58,000 bases of DNA from an uncultured Burkholderiaceae bacterium. GTDB taxonomy: Bacteria; Pseudomonadota; Gammaproteobacteria; Burkholderiales; Burkholderiaceae_F. The notes beneath the pieces were generated by a model. That model was not told the DNA's origin and did not search any database. It saw only the letters and a program-made list of their open reading frames with translations. Below are positions 19,471-30,116 of this stretch, piece after piece. Every line of letters begins with the position of its first letter. The stretch's first letter is position 1. The position numbers and the translations under genes are program-made. The DNA is taken from NCBI GenBank assembly GCA_964554145.1, contig CAZKNV010000001.1, positions 1 to 58,000 on the forward strand, read 5' to 3'.

Positions 19471-21782
19471 TGTCCGTCTTGGCAACATGTCTTGGCCATC
19501 CTCGCATCGGCGTCACCCGCGAATTAAAGAAGGCGCTCGAGAGTTATTGGTCAAGGAACAGTTCGGTGGACGAGCTGCAAGCGGTCGCCGCCGAGTTACG
19601 GCGCCGCCACTGGTCGGCGATGAAGCGTGCGGGCATCGACCACATCCCGAGCAACGACTTCTCGCTCTACGACCACATGCTCGACATGGCCGTCGCCGTC
19701 GGGGCGGTGCCGGCTCGCTACCGTGCGATCGCCGATCCATCGGCGCGATACTTCGCGATGGCGAGAGGTCTCCAGGACCGCGAGATTGGCGTTGACGTTG
19801 CGGCGCTCGAGATGACGAAGTGGTTCGATACGAACTACCACTACATCGTCCCGGAGATCGAGCCCGGGCAGACGTTCATGCTCGATGCGACGAAGATCCT
19901 CGCCGAAATCGACGAAGCACGGTCGCTTGGCATCGAGACACGTCCGGTCGTTGTGGGTCCTGTGTCTTTTCTGTTGCTCTCGAAACCCGCGCGCGGGGCT
20001 ACCGAACCGGAAGCCCCCCTCGACATGCTCCATGCGCTCTTGCCGGTCTACGAGGAGCTCTTCCACGCGCTCGCGGTAAGGAACGTTGCCTGGCTTCAAC
20101 TCGACGAACCCTGCCTCGTCCTCGATCTCGACACGCGGGCGAATGACGCCTACCGCTATGCACTCGAGCGGTTGTCGGCATATCCAAAACGGCCCCGCGT
20201 TCTCGTTGCGACATATTTTGGCGAGCTCGGAGGCAATCTCGCGCTCGCGGCGCGCTCGAGGTGCGACGCGCTGCACGTGGATCTCGTGCGCGCTCCCGAG
20301 CAGCTCGATGCCGTGCTGGCCAGCGTCACTCCAGGTACCCTGCTCTCGTTGGGGGTTGTCGACGGCCGCAACATTTGGCGAACGGATCTTGATGCGGCGC
20401 ACGCGATGATTCAGCGTGCCGTCGCGATGCTCGGACCGGAACGCGTGCTTGTGGCGCCGTCGTGCTCTCTGTTGCACGTTCCCGTCGATCTCACGGCGGA
20501 ACGTCAGCTCGACGCCGAACTCAAGACGTGGCTCGCGTTCGCGGCACAAAAGCTCGACGAAGTGCGTGCCCTGGCTGATGCGGCGGAGACCGGCGCTCCG
20601 AGTGGGCCGCGTTTCATCGAGACACGTGGTGCGCTGGGCGCGCGTCGAGCCTCCGCTCGCACTCGCAATCTGGCGGTGCGATCGAGAGTTGCGGAGGTGA
20701 AGGACTCGATGCTCCGTCGAGCGGCGCCGTTCACCGAGCGTGCAGAGAAACAGCACGCGCGCTTTGGCCTGCCAGCGTTTCCGACGACGACCATCGGCTC
20801 CTTTCCCCAGACGGGCGATGTGCGCGCGGCACGCGCGACCTGGCGGAGCGGCCGGATGACCGATCGGGACTATGACGCGTTCCTGACGACCGAGACGCGC
20901 CGATGCATCGAGAAGCAGGAGGAACTCGGGCTCGATGTTCTCGTCCACGGCGAGTTTGAGCGGAGCGACATGGTCGAGTACTTCGGCGAGCTGCTCGACG
21001 GCTTCGCGCTTACCGACAATGGCTGGGTGCAAAGCTACGGCTCGCGCTGCGTGAAACCACCGGTGCTCTTCGGCGATGTCGCACGCCGTGACGCGATGAC
21101 GGTCCACTGGTCTCGATACGCACAGTCCCTGACCGACAAACCGATAAAGGGCATTCTCACGGGTCCCGTGACGATCCTGCAGTGGTCATTCGTGCGTGAC
21201 GACCAGCCGCGCGGCGACACGTGCATGCAGATCGCGCTCGCGCTGCGCGATGAGGTGACTGACTTGGAGACCGCCGGCATCGCGATGATTCAGGTCGACG
21301 AGCCAGCCATTCGGGAAGGGCTGCCTCTCCGCCGCCAGGACTGGAAGCCGTATTTGCGCTGGGCCGTCGATGCGTTCAGGCTCGCGACGAGCGGCGTTCG
21401 CGATGAGACGCAGATCCACACGCACATGTGTTACTCGGAGTTTGGCGACATCCTTCATGCGATCACCGAAATGGACGCCGATGTGCTATCCATTGAGACC
21501 TCGCGCTCAAAGATGGAATTGCTCCTCGACTTCGCACGCTTCCGCTACCCGAACAATGTGGGGCCTGGAGTCTACGACATCCATTCGCCGCGGGTCCCGA
21601 CGAGCGCCGAGATGCTTGACCTTCTCACGCGCGCGGCGGCTGTGCTGCCCCCTGCGCAGCTCTGGGTAAACCCCGACTGCGGCCTCAAAACACGCGGTTG
21701 GTCTGAAGTCGATGCCGCGCTCAGAGGCATGGTGGAGGCGGCACGCCAGGCTCGCGTCCGGCTTGTCAGCAAGACTCCGTGA
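19467..21782 (+). CDS. metE: Cobalamin-independent methionine synthase (5-methyltetrahydropteroyltriglutamate-homocysteine methyltransferase)
   Basis: 771 aa with the typical two-domain MetE sequence (LGHPRIG..RELK; THMCYSEF; NPDCGLKTR). Confidence 0.95.
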   Translation: MMSVLATCLGHPRIGVTRELKKALESYWSRNSSVDELQAVAAELRRRHWSAMKRAGIDHIPSNDFSLYDHMLDMAVAVGAVPARYRAIADPSARYFAMARGLQDREIGVDVAALEMTKWFDTNYHYIVPEIEPGQTFMLDATKILAEIDEARSLGIETRPVVVGPVSFLLLSKPARGATEPEAPLDMLHALLPVYEELFHALAVRNVAWLQLDEPCLVLDLDTRANDAYRYALERLSAYPKRPRVLVATYFGELGGNLALAARSRCDALHVDLVRAPEQLDAVLASVTPGTLLSLGVVDGRNIWRTDLDAAHAMIQRAVAMLGPERVLVAPSCSLLHVPVDLTAERQLDAELKTWLAFAAQKLDEVRALADAAETGAPSGPRFIETRGALGARRASARTRNLAVRSRVAEVKDSMLRRAAPFTERAEKQHARFGLPAFPTTTIGSFPQTGDVRAARATWRSGRMTDRDYDAFLTTETRRCIEKQEELGLDVLVHGEFERSDMVEYFGELLDGFALTDNGWVQSYGSRCVKPPVLFGDVARRDAMTVHWSRYAQSLTDKPIKGILTGPVTILQWSFVRDDQPRGDTCMQIALALRDEVTDLETAGIAMIQVDEPAIREGLPLRRQDWKPYLRWAVDAFRLATSGVRDETQIHTHMCYSEFGDILHAITEMDADVLSIETSRSKMELLLDFARFRYPNNVGPGVYDIHSPRVPTSAEMLDLLTRAAAVLPPAQLWVNPDCGLKTRGWSEVDAALRGMVEAARQARVRLVSKTP

Positions 21783-21997
21783 CGAGCTCGGGCGTCAACC
21801 CATCGCGATGTCCGCTCTGTGGCGGAGCAAACAACTGCGGGATGGTTGAAGATACGGGCACGTGCTGGTGTTTCAGGTCGTCCATCCCGCGGGAGGTGCT
21901 CGAGAAGGTACCTCCCGAGGCGCAGGGCGTCGCTTGCGTTTGCCGAGCATGCGAGTCCGGTCCGCACAATTCGGCAACATACGGGCAACTCGGCTGA
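21779..21997 (+). CDS. Cysteine-rich CWC family protein
   Basis: Contains CPLCGGANNCG...GTCWCF...ACVCRAC. Its start overlaps the metE stop by 4 nt. Confidence 0.7.
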   Translation: MTSSGVNPSRCPLCGGANNCGMVEDTGTCWCFRSSIPREVLEKVPPEAQGVACVCRACESGPHNSATYGQLG

Positions 21998-22399
21998 CAG
22001 CGTTGCAGCCTCGCGGCCCGCTAGCGGCGCGTCGTTTCCGCACGGCCTAGCGAGTCGTTGAAGCTGACGTGGCCGCTGAGGAAGCGGCGGCTACGCCGCC
22101 GCAACGGTTGAGATGGCCAGGCAGCTTAACTCTCGCGCTAGGTGGCTCCAACACTTTCTGAATGCGCTGATAGAACAGAAACCGGCTGTGCTGGTGCGGC
22201 TCGGACAAGAAGTACAAGAAATGCCATTTTGGTCGCGACGACAAACTCCCATTTCGATGTAGGATCAAAGGTGTCTTTGTCCGACTCGTTCAGATGGTCG
22301 CGTGCGAAGTCTCTGACGTGGTGCGCTGTTGAACGCACTCCTGCTCCGAGAGCAGACGCGAGCGCGGCTCGTTTCCAGGCGTCTTCCAGCGGACGCTCG

Positions 22400-25042
22400 C
22401 TAAGATCGAAGAACGCGCGCTATGCGCTCAAGGATGGCGTCGCGTGTAAAAGGCTTCTCGATAAACTCCGTTCCCTCCTCGAAAGTCTGCTGGCTCAGGA
22501 GAGAGTCTCGTGTGTAGCCGGAAAGGTAGATCACCTTGAGCGTGTCTCGTAAGTCGCAGCATTGTCGCGCAAGCTCGCGACCGCCCATTTTGGGCATCAC
22601 CAAGTCGGTGATGAGAAGATCCACTGCGGCCTTCTTGGCAGCGAACAGCTCCAGCGCCTCGGCTCCGTTCGCTGCAGTGATTACGCTATATCCCTCAGCC
22701 GATAGAATTCGTTGGAGTGCTTGCCTCACCGCCGGTTCATCTTCAACGACCAGAACTGTACCGCTGGCAGGTCTATCATCTCGGTACTCTTTAGGCACGA
22801 TCTTGTCGGCCGCGGTGGCGTCCGTGTAGGGCAGATAGATCAAGAATTCGGCACCCTTTCCCGGCACAGATCGGACTTTGATATAACCTCCGCTCTGCTT
22901 CACGATACCGTACGCAGTCGCGAGGCCCAGACCCGTGCCTTTCCCCACCTCCTTAGTCGTGAAGAACGGTTCGAAGATCCTGCGCTGGGTGTCGTCGTTC
23001 ATACCGACGCCAGTATCGCGAACTCGGAGAAGGACGTAGTCACCAGGCTTCATAGTGTATTCCTGATCGAGCCCGCGCGGCTCCGCCGCCACGACGCAGT
23101 TCTCGGTCACAAACGTCAAATCTCCGCCCTCCGGCATGGCATCTCTCGCATTGAGGGCGAGATTAAGAAGGACCTGCTCGATCTGACCGGGATCGGCCCG
23201 AACCGCCCATAGATCCGAGGCCGTTTCAATCCTGATATCGATCGTCGTCTCGAACAATCGCTTGAGCATGGGAAGAAGCTCCGCGAGCCGCTCGTTCAGG
23301 TTAATCGTAGATGGGCGCAGCACCTGCGTACGTCCGAACGCCAACAGTTGGCGCGTGAGAGATGTTGCACGATCCGTCGCCTTCTTGACTTCCGTGAGGT
23401 CAGCCCGGTGTTCGTCGGCGAGGGTTCGGTCGTCGAGAATGAAGTCGGTGCAACTTCCGATCACGGTCAGAAGATTGTTGAAATCGTGCGCCACTCCGCC
23501 CGCGAGCCGGCCGACCGCCTCCATTTTCTGCGCCTGTTGGAACTGCTTTTCAAGGTCCTTGCGCCCCGTGAGGTCGTAGACAAATCCCTCGAAGTACGGC
23601 GTCCCGCCCGCGGCGTCCGTCACCGAGCGCGCGTGGAGGTCCACCCAGATCGGCGAGCCGTCCTTGCGTTTCCATTGCACCTCGAGCCCGCCTCCATCGG
23701 CGAGAAGCTCGTATCGGGCGATGTGCGCTACACGATGTGTCTGGTCCCAGTACACTTCGTCGGCCAGGTTCCGGCCCACGAGCTGCTCCGGTCCGTCGTA
23801 ACCCAGGATGCGGGCGAGGGCCGGGTTCGCGAGCAGGATCTCCCCCTCAGGATCAGTCTGATACACTCCCACAGAGGCGTAGTGAACGATGTCCCGGTGC
23901 TGCTGCCGGGATCGCTGGAGGGCGGATTCCGCCGTCCCCCTTTCGGCGATCACCGCAGCGAGGATCAAGGTGGTGAGCGCGAGCAGACCGATGAAGGTCT
24001 GGAGCTGTGAGAGGTTGTTCACAGCCGTGGAGGTAGCGAAGGGACCGACGCCGCGCACGGTGTACCAGATGGCGAGCACGGAGACGACGAAGCTTGCGGT
24101 CGCTGCGCCACGGGGTCCGAACCGCAGGGCCGCCCAGATGGTCACCGGAAAGATGGCGTACACATAGCTGAACGGCGCCTGAAAGAGCACGACCGTAAAC
24201 GCGATGAGGAGACTGGCCAACACGCCCGCCTCGACGGCATCGCGCACGGAGAGGCGCAGCGGAGGTCCAGCCGCCCAGGTGAGAATGAGCGGTGTGACCA
24301 GCAGGATGCCGATGGCGTCGCCCGAGAACCACGCGAGCCAAATCGTCCCGTGCGGGATCCCGGCCGCGCCGCCCGAGAGCGTGAGGACAGCAACTCCGAC
24401 GGTTGCGCTCACGGGCGTGCTTACAATGGCTCCGAGCACCAGCGCGAAGACGTCTCGCAGGCGCTCGAGCGACACGCGGAATCCTGCGAAGGAGGTCAGC
24501 AGCCACGCGTCCAGGAGCGCCTCGAGAGTATTCCCAACGGCGATGCCCGCCGCCGCGAGCGGTGCAATGCCGCCCGTGAGGTTGACGGCGAACGCCCCGA
24601 AGAAGATTCCAGGCCAATAGCGCGTCCCCAGCAGCAGTAACGCCGCGAGGGCGACGCCAGACGGTGGCCACGCCGATGAGACTACCGGGTGGATGGCAGA
24701 CGCCGTGAAGCCGAGTCTTCCAGCAAGGACGTAGCTGGCCGCCAGCAGCGCAATACGGGCAACATAGGGGAGCCAGTTACTCGCGTTCCTGACGATCAAA
24801 TCGGAAGGCACGTAGGATCGATCATGTGGAGTGGAGCTTTCAGCGGTCGCTATCGCTGCATCTGTCACCGGGACGTCGTGCCTTCTTCGATCGGGAAATG
24901 TTCGAACGGATCGTTCAGCGAAGGAACGGGCGCGCCGGATATTGGTCTCCTGCGATGATTTGCATACTTGGTCATGAAGGAATGCGGGAGGAGAGAGTGC
25001 CTCGTACCTCCGCAAAGGACTGGTTCCGTCTAGCCGGCGCAA
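22400..25042 (-). CDS. Hybrid sensor histidine kinase (MASE1 membrane domain - PAS - HisKA - HATPase_c - receiver)
   Basis: Multi-TM MASE1-like N-terminal half, PAS, H-box GGVAHDFNNLL, N/G boxes (LNARDAM; DTGVGM; GKGTGLGL) and a C-terminal REC (VLVVEDEP...LLITDLVMP). The true start is probably downstream of 25042. Confidence 0.85.
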   Translation of the reverse strand: MRRLDGTSPLRRYEALSPPAFLHDQVCKSSQETNIRRARSFAERSVRTFPDRRRHDVPVTDAAIATAESSTPHDRSYVPSDLIVRNASNWLPYVARIALLAASYVLAGRLGFTASAIHPVVSSAWPPSGVALAALLLLGTRYWPGIFFGAFAVNLTGGIAPLAAAGIAVGNTLEALLDAWLLTSFAGFRVSLERLRDVFALVLGAIVSTPVSATVGVAVLTLSGGAAGIPHGTIWLAWFSGDAIGILLVTPLILTWAAGPPLRLSVRDAVEAGVLASLLIAFTVVLFQAPFSYVYAIFPVTIWAALRFGPRGAATASFVVSVLAIWYTVRGVGPFATSTAVNNLSQLQTFIGLLALTTLILAAVIAERGTAESALQRSRQQHRDIVHYASVGVYQTDPEGEILLANPALARILGYDGPEQLVGRNLADEVYWDQTHRVAHIARYELLADGGGLEVQWKRKDGSPIWVDLHARSVTDAAGGTPYFEGFVYDLTGRKDLEKQFQQAQKMEAVGRLAGGVAHDFNNLLTVIGSCTDFILDDRTLADEHRADLTEVKKATDRATSLTRQLLAFGRTQVLRPSTINLNERLAELLPMLKRLFETTIDIRIETASDLWAVRADPGQIEQVLLNLALNARDAMPEGGDLTFVTENCVVAAEPRGLDQEYTMKPGDYVLLRVRDTGVGMNDDTQRRIFEPFFTTKEVGKGTGLGLATAYGIVKQSGGYIKVRSVPGKGAEFLIYLPYTDATAADKIVPKEYRDDRPASGTVLVVEDEPAVRQALQRILSAEGYSVITAANGAEALELFAAKKAAVDLLITDLVMPKMGGRELARQCCDLRDTLKVIYLSGYTRDSLLSQQTFEEGTEFIEKPFTRDAILERIARVLRS

Positions 25043-25249
25043 CTACGTGGTCAGACCTCTCTTTGGATCGCCGAGACAATTGCGACTGCGGATGCGTGTC
25101 TGAACCGGGGTGCAAAGGTTACGCCGCTCGCGGGCAAGACTCGGATATGTCGTTTTCATATCACCGGAGTGTCGATTTCTCCGTTGAACCTTTGCCGGGA
25201 GGATTGGAAGGCTTTCGCGCGCCGTTGATTATCGAACGCGTCTGCGGCA

Positions 25250-25813
25250 CTAGGTTGGAACCTCGGATCTCAGGAAAGGAGTGCCGACTCCGGTTAACAG
25301 AATCTCAGCGAATCTGTTCGCCTCATCCTCCTCGACATCGCACCATGCCTTGAGCTCACATGCTCGTATGTCCCGCAGTCGAACGCGAATCAGGTGATTT
25401 CGATGCAATACAAAATGGGCGAGCTCGTGCGCCGCGAACCTTAATCTTTCGGATCGCGAGTGATTTTTGTTAATGCGGATCGCCCACGAACCGCTGAAGT
25501 GCATTAGCCAACCAGATGAGCCGAGGGGCACACAGCGAAGATATATTTCGAGTCGCTTGCAGATCAGCTTTATAACCGTCCAGGTAAGCGGATTGCAAAG
25601 TTCGGGAAACGACTTGACCAAGGCCAGAGCAATTCGGAGCAGCTGTTCGTCGCTTCGGCGCTTTGGGCGCGGACCCAACATGACTGGTTGCCCAGTCGAG
25701 ATGGCTCTAGCAACTGCCTTGCGTTGCCGAGACCTCTGCGGTGCCTCGCCTGTTGCAGGTGGTCGAGACCTTGTGCGCCTAGCCATTGTTCGACGTGCTT
25801 GCCATCGCGGCAT
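25250..25813 (-). CDS. ImmA/IrrE-family (DUF955-like) zinc metallopeptidase
   Basis: HExxH motif in [12 protein letters not shown], followed by [13 protein letters not shown]. It is AT-richer than its neighbours, and its ORF start overlaps the bioB stop. Confidence 0.7.
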   Translation of the reverse strand: MPRWQARRTMARRTRSRPPATGEAPQRSRQRKAVARAISTGQPVMLGPRPKRRSDEQLLRIALALVKSFPELCNPLTWTVIKLICKRLEIYLRCVPLGSSGWLMHFSGSWAIRINKNHSRSERLRFAAHELAHFVLHRNHLIRVRLRDIRACELKAWCDVEEDEANRFAEILLTGVGTPFLRSEVPT

Positions 25814-26864
25814 AACCCACCGGCGCCATAGGATCGATCAGCCTTAGCTCTACAAGCGGATCGCCTTTCAGCTCAGTTCCATCAGGCGCCTCTAATACGA
25901 ATCCCGCATCGCGAATCATTTCCAGATCCGCTCGTGCGCTTTGCCCCGCTGTAGTTAGATAGTCCCCGATGAAAAGAGAGTTGGCTGGATAAAGGCCGAG
26001 TGGCTGCAGTGATCGCAGATGAACTTCGCGTCCTCCGGCGATGCGGATCTTCTGCGACGGCAGGATAAAGCGGAACAGGCAAAGGATTCGCAGGCACTTC
26101 GTCGGCGTGAGCTTGTTCAAGCCAGCCAGCGGAGTCCCTACTATAGGTACGAGAAAGTTTACAGGTACGCTCTCGACCTTCAGCTCACGTAAGGAGATGG
26201 CAAGATCGATGATGTCGTCATCCGCCTCCCCCATACCGATGATTCCGCCGGAACATGCCGACAGCCCCGCGGCGTGAACGTTTCGCAGCGTTGTCTCGCG
26301 ATCGGCGAATTTATGGGTTGTGCAGATCTGGGAGTGAAAAGTCTCCGATGTATTGAGATTGTGGTTGACTGTGTTCGCGCCAGCTTCCTTCAGTCGACGG
26401 GCTTGCTCAGCGCTTAGTAGCCCAAGACACGCGCAGACGCGAAGATCATAGTTACTCTTGACTTCGGCAATCACGTCGAGCACCCGGCTGAAGACCCGTT
26501 CACCCGGCGAACGCCCGGAGATTACCAGACAAAACGTCCCTGCCTTTAGCGCTGCAGCACGCGCAGCCGCGTCGAGTATTCGGTCGTGAGCGAGCAGCGG
26601 ATACTTTTCGATATCAGCCTCCGAGATCTTTGACTGCGAGCAGTAATGGCAGTCTTCCGAACAGAGCCCGCTCTGCGCATTCAGGAGAAAGTGTAAACGC
26701 ACCCGATTTCCCCAATAACGGCGTCGGATTCGATACGCAGCCGCGAGCTGGCCAAGCAGTTCTGAATCCGGTGCGGAAAGCACTATACGCGCATCGTCGC
26801 GCGAGATTAGCTCGCCAGCCAGCGATTCATGGGCAAGTCGATTCCAGCGAAGTAAGTCGTTCAC
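25779..26864 (-). CDS. bioB: Biotin synthase
   Basis: Radical-SAM [10 protein letters not shown] motif with BioB-typical length and sequence. Confidence 0.95.
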   Translation of the reverse strand: MNDLLRWNRLAHESLAGELISRDDARIVLSAPDSELLGQLAAAYRIRRRYWGNRVRLHFLLNAQSGLCSEDCHYCSQSKISEADIEKYPLLAHDRILDAAARAAALKAGTFCLVISGRSPGERVFSRVLDVIAEVKSNYDLRVCACLGLLSAEQARRLKEAGANTVNHNLNTSETFHSQICTTHKFADRETTLRNVHAAGLSACSGGIIGMGEADDDIIDLAISLRELKVESVPVNFLVPIVGTPLAGLNKLTPTKCLRILCLFRFILPSQKIRIAGGREVHLRSLQPLGLYPANSLFIGDYLTTAGQSARADLEMIRDAGFVLEAPDGTELKGDPLVELRLIDPMAPVGYAAMASTSNNG

Positions 26865-26867
26865 GAC

Positions 26868-27596
26868 TCAAACAGCCGACGTGGATGATTGTCCATGCGA
26901 GGGCTGGTCTCCGCTGCCGAGTGCAAGCATGCCGAGCCCCGACTTTTCCGCTTCTCGGATCAGAAGAGAGAGATCCCCAGGATTAGCTACCTGTGAAAAG
27001 CGAATTATGGGCACTCTGGGCACGAGTTGCTGCAAACGTTCTTGATTGCTCTGCCGCGATAGATCTTTCGTATCATCTGCCGCAGGAACTGAGTTCAACA
27101 CGATCCCTTTGATCTCGAGCTGCTGTTCCAACGCCGCCATCACCGTCAGCAATACATGGTTGATTACTCCCAGTCTGTCAGCGGCGACAATGATGATCTC
27201 GAGGTTCCATCGCGCGAATAGCTGCGCAAAGGACACGGTCTGAGTAATCGGAACGAGAAGACCGCCAGCTCCCTCGACAATGATTCCGTTGCGGTCACGC
27301 GAGAGACGCGCGAATGCAGCATCAAGTTGGCCGAGGTCGATCGTCGAACATTGTGCGCTCGCAGCCGCGAATGGAGAGAGCGGCTCGTCAAAACTGATAG
27401 GGCAGACGTCACTTAACGAACCCGAGAAACCCGAAGCTCGGTGCAGGAGCTTCGCATCCTCGTTTCCGCCCCCGGATTCGATCGGTTTCATCGCCGCGAT
27501 ATCGACGCCGTGCGCTTTGAGCCAACCAGTTAGTCCTGCTGAAACGACAGTCTTGCCGACTGAGGTATCCGTACCAGTTATCCCGAGCCGAATCAC
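26868..27596 (-). CDS. bioD: Dethiobiotin synthetase
   Basis: N-terminal GTDTSVGKT P-loop; 242 aa; sits in the bio operon. Confidence 0.9.
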   Translation of the reverse strand: MIRLGITGTDTSVGKTVVSAGLTGWLKAHGVDIAAMKPIESGGGNEDAKLLHRASGFSGSLSDVCPISFDEPLSPFAAASAQCSTIDLGQLDAAFARLSRDRNGIIVEGAGGLLVPITQTVSFAQLFARWNLEIIIVAADRLGVINHVLLTVMAALEQQLEIKGIVLNSVPAADDTKDLSRQSNQERLQQLVPRVPIIRFSQVANPGDLSLLIREAEKSGLGMLALGSGDQPSHGQSSTSAV

Positions 27597-28861
27597 ATCG
27601 TATCCAGAAAATGGCCGATCACTTCGTAGGCGTACGATAGGTCATCGGGAAGCGTACAGTACGGAGGTAGCAGGTACACTGTCCCACCGAGGGGGCGCAG
27701 CAGGACGTCACGGCTCAATGCGTAATCCGCGAGCGCAGCACCTCGCGGATCGAGATAACCGGAAGAATCAGCGAGGTCGAAGGCACCGAGAGTTCCCAGC
27801 ACGCGAGAATTGCGAACCTTCGGATGCGAGCTGAGGCGATTCAATCTCTCCCGATGAACGGCCTCGATCGTATCGCGCCGCTGCCTGCAGGTTTCATCCA
27901 GCAGATGCAGACTGGCACGCGCCGCCGCGCACGCGATTGGATTAGCCGTGTAGGAGTGCCCATGAAAAAACATTCGCGAGCGATCGTCGCTCACAAAGCG
28001 GTCAAAGATCTCTTCGCGAACCACAGTGACGCCTAGCGGGAGAAATCCGCCCGTGAGTCCTTTCGAAAGGCAAATGATATCGGGCTCAATCTCGCCTCGC
28101 TCGCAAGCGAAGAGAGGGCCAGTGCGTCCGAAACCCGTCAGCACTTCATCAGCGATAAAAAGCGCGCCTGATGCTCGGGTACGCTCGCGCATCTCTCGAA
28201 GGATCTGCCCATCCCAGACTCGCATCCCGCCGGCGCCAAGGAGCAGAGGCTCGACGATGATCGCTGCCAGCTCCTTTCCGCGATCAGCGATTAGTTGATC
28301 AAGCGCGAGGAGAACCTTCTTCCTCGAAGGATCAGGAAGCCGCACAACCTCGAACAACTGCTGTTCGAATGGGGCAGTGAAGAGCCCACGCCCGCTCACG
28401 CTCATCGCGCCGAACGTGTCCCCGTGATACGCATTCTCGAACGCCGCGATAAGGGGGCGCTTCTCACCAGCGTTGGACCAGTACTGAATCGCGATCTTGA
28501 GGGCGACTTCAACCGCCGTCGATCCATCGTCCGAGAAAAAACAGCGTGTTAACTTCCCCGGAAGTACCGCCGACAATTCACTGGCGAGTGCCGCGGCCGG
28601 TTCGTGCGTGAAGTCGGCGAACACCACCTGTTCCAGTGTCCACGCCTGTCGACAGATAGCCCGCACGATCTCGGGCTGAGCGTGTCCATGTAACGTTACC
28701 CACCATGACGAGATCCCATCGAAGATCGCCCGGTCGTGGCGATCATACAGAAAAGCACCTCTAGCGCGCGTGACCTCGAGCGGCTGACGTCCAGAGCCGT
28801 GCTGAGTGTAAGGATGCCAGACGTGCGCTCGGTCAAGCTCGACAACGACCGGGTCAGGCAA
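27593..28861 (-). CDS. bioA: Adenosylmethionine-8-amino-7-oxononanoate aminotransferase
   Basis: Class III aminotransferase with the PLP lysine in ICLSKGLTGG and the FIADEV motif. Confidence 0.95.
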   Translation of the reverse strand: MPDPVVVELDRAHVWHPYTQHGSGRQPLEVTRARGAFLYDRHDRAIFDGISSWWVTLHGHAQPEIVRAICRQAWTLEQVVFADFTHEPAAALASELSAVLPGKLTRCFFSDDGSTAVEVALKIAIQYWSNAGEKRPLIAAFENAYHGDTFGAMSVSGRGLFTAPFEQQLFEVVRLPDPSRKKVLLALDQLIADRGKELAAIIVEPLLLGAGGMRVWDGQILREMRERTRASGALFIADEVLTGFGRTGPLFACERGEIEPDIICLSKGLTGGFLPLGVTVVREEIFDRFVSDDRSRMFFHGHSYTANPIACAAARASLHLLDETCRQRRDTIEAVHRERLNRLSSHPKVRNSRVLGTLGAFDLADSSGYLDPRGAALADYALSRDVLLRPLGGTVYLLPPYCTLPDDLSYAYEVIGHFLDTM

Positions 28862-30116
28862 CGCGAGTATTGCGGAGTATCTGAGTCAGATGGTGTGCGA
28901 GCGCATCGACCTGCTCTTCGGTGTGCGCAGCGCTCGATGTTATCCGGAGCCGAGATGTCCCCGGCGGAACGCTCGGCGGCCGCACCACACCGACGATGAA
29001 CCCGCGACTCTGGAGCTCGGCACCGATTTGCACCGCGCGCGTGGAGGAGCCGACCACCACCGGAAGGATGTGCGGTGAAGAAGAGGTCTCAAAGCAATGG
29101 TCGGGTAGCAAACTGCCCAGTGCGGATCGGAGACGCTCGGCGTTCGCTCTAAGCTTCTCTCGGCGCCAGGGTTCCTCTTGGGCAATGCGAATCGCCTCAA
29201 TTGTCGCCGCGGCCATTGCAGGTGGCGACGCAGTCGTAAAGACGAATGAGCGCGCACGATTGATCAGAAACTGAACGAGCGTCTTCGAGCCAGCAATGAA
29301 AGCTCCTGCCGTTCCGAGCGCCTTCCCAAGCGTTCCCATCACGACGTCGATCTTACCCTCGACGCCAAAAAGCTCGACGCTCCCCGTGCCATGCTCACCC
29401 AGAACGCCCGTCCCGTGCGCATCGTCGACGTATGTCCACGCGCCGCTTTCATGGGCCACTTCGACGAGCTCATCGAGCGGGAAAAGATCACCATCCATTG
29501 AGAACACGGAATCGACCACGATCATTTTGCGGCGAAAACCTGTATCCATCGCCAGCATTCGTCTAAGAGTAGCGATATCGCGATGCGGGAAGATCCGAAC
29601 TTCCGCACGGGAGAGCCGGCAGCCGTCGATCAGTGAAGCGTGATTCAGCTTGTCGGTGTAAACCGCGTCTCCTTTTTTGACGAGCGCCGGAATCGCACCA
29701 AGATTCGCCGCGTATCCGCTGGTGAAGAGCAGTGCAGCCTCAGTGTGCTTGTACGACGCGATGCTCCGTTCCAGCTCTTCGTGAACAGCGTGGTTTCCGG
29801 AAATCGACCGCGCCGCCGCGGAGCCGATGCTATCCGAATGGAGTGCGTCTGTAGCGGCGACTGCGATGCGGCCGTCGCAGGCGAGGCCTAGGTAGTCATT
29901 GGAGGCAAAGTCGACATACGAGCTCGCACCGATGTGAATGAGCGCCCCTGAGCGCCGATCGACGCGACGCAACGATCGTCGCAGCCCCTGCGTCTCAAGC
30001 GCATCGAGATGCTCCTGAAGCTTGAGGTCAAGCGAAGAGAGAGGCCGCGCGGGGCCCGGAAACGCAGTGGCGGCCGGCGGTTCCGTCATCAACCGCCGGC
30101 GTCCGGTAATCGGCAT
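28854..30116 (-). CDS. bioF: 8-amino-7-oxononanoate synthase
   Basis: Alpha-oxoamine synthase with DSVFSMDGD and GTLGKALG (PLP Lys). First gene of the bio operon. Confidence 0.9.
   Translation of the reverse strand: MPITGRRRLMTEPPAATAFPGPARPLSSLDLKLQEHLDALETQGLRRSLRRVDRRSGALIHIGASSYVDFASNDYLGLACDGRIAVAATDALHSDSIGSAAARSISGNHAVHEELERSIASYKHTEAALLFTSGYAANLGAIPALVKKGDAVYTDKLNHASLIDGCRLSRAEVRIFPHRDIATLRRMLAMDTGFRRKMIVVDSVFSMDGDLFPLDELVEVAHESGAWTYVDDAHGTGVLGEHGTGSVELFGVEGKIDVVMGTLGKALGTAGAFIAGSKTLVQFLINRARSFVFTTASPPAMAAATIEAIRIAQEEPWRREKLRANAERLRSALGSLLPDHCFETSSSPHILPVVVGSSTRAVQIGAELQSRGFIVGVVRPPSVPPGTSRLRITSSAAHTEEQVDALAHHLTQILRNTRVA

Noticed and set aside
19596-21107. 503-aa ORF antisense to metE
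   Set aside because: The same artefact. metE on the plus strand is full length and highly recognisable.
22047-22338. Two overlapping small minus-strand ORFs (66 and 73 aa) downstream of the histidine kinase, possibly one frameshifted gene
   Set aside because: GC3 signal switches frame around 22225, which suggests a frameshifted small gene. I recognise no family and cannot define start, stop or product.
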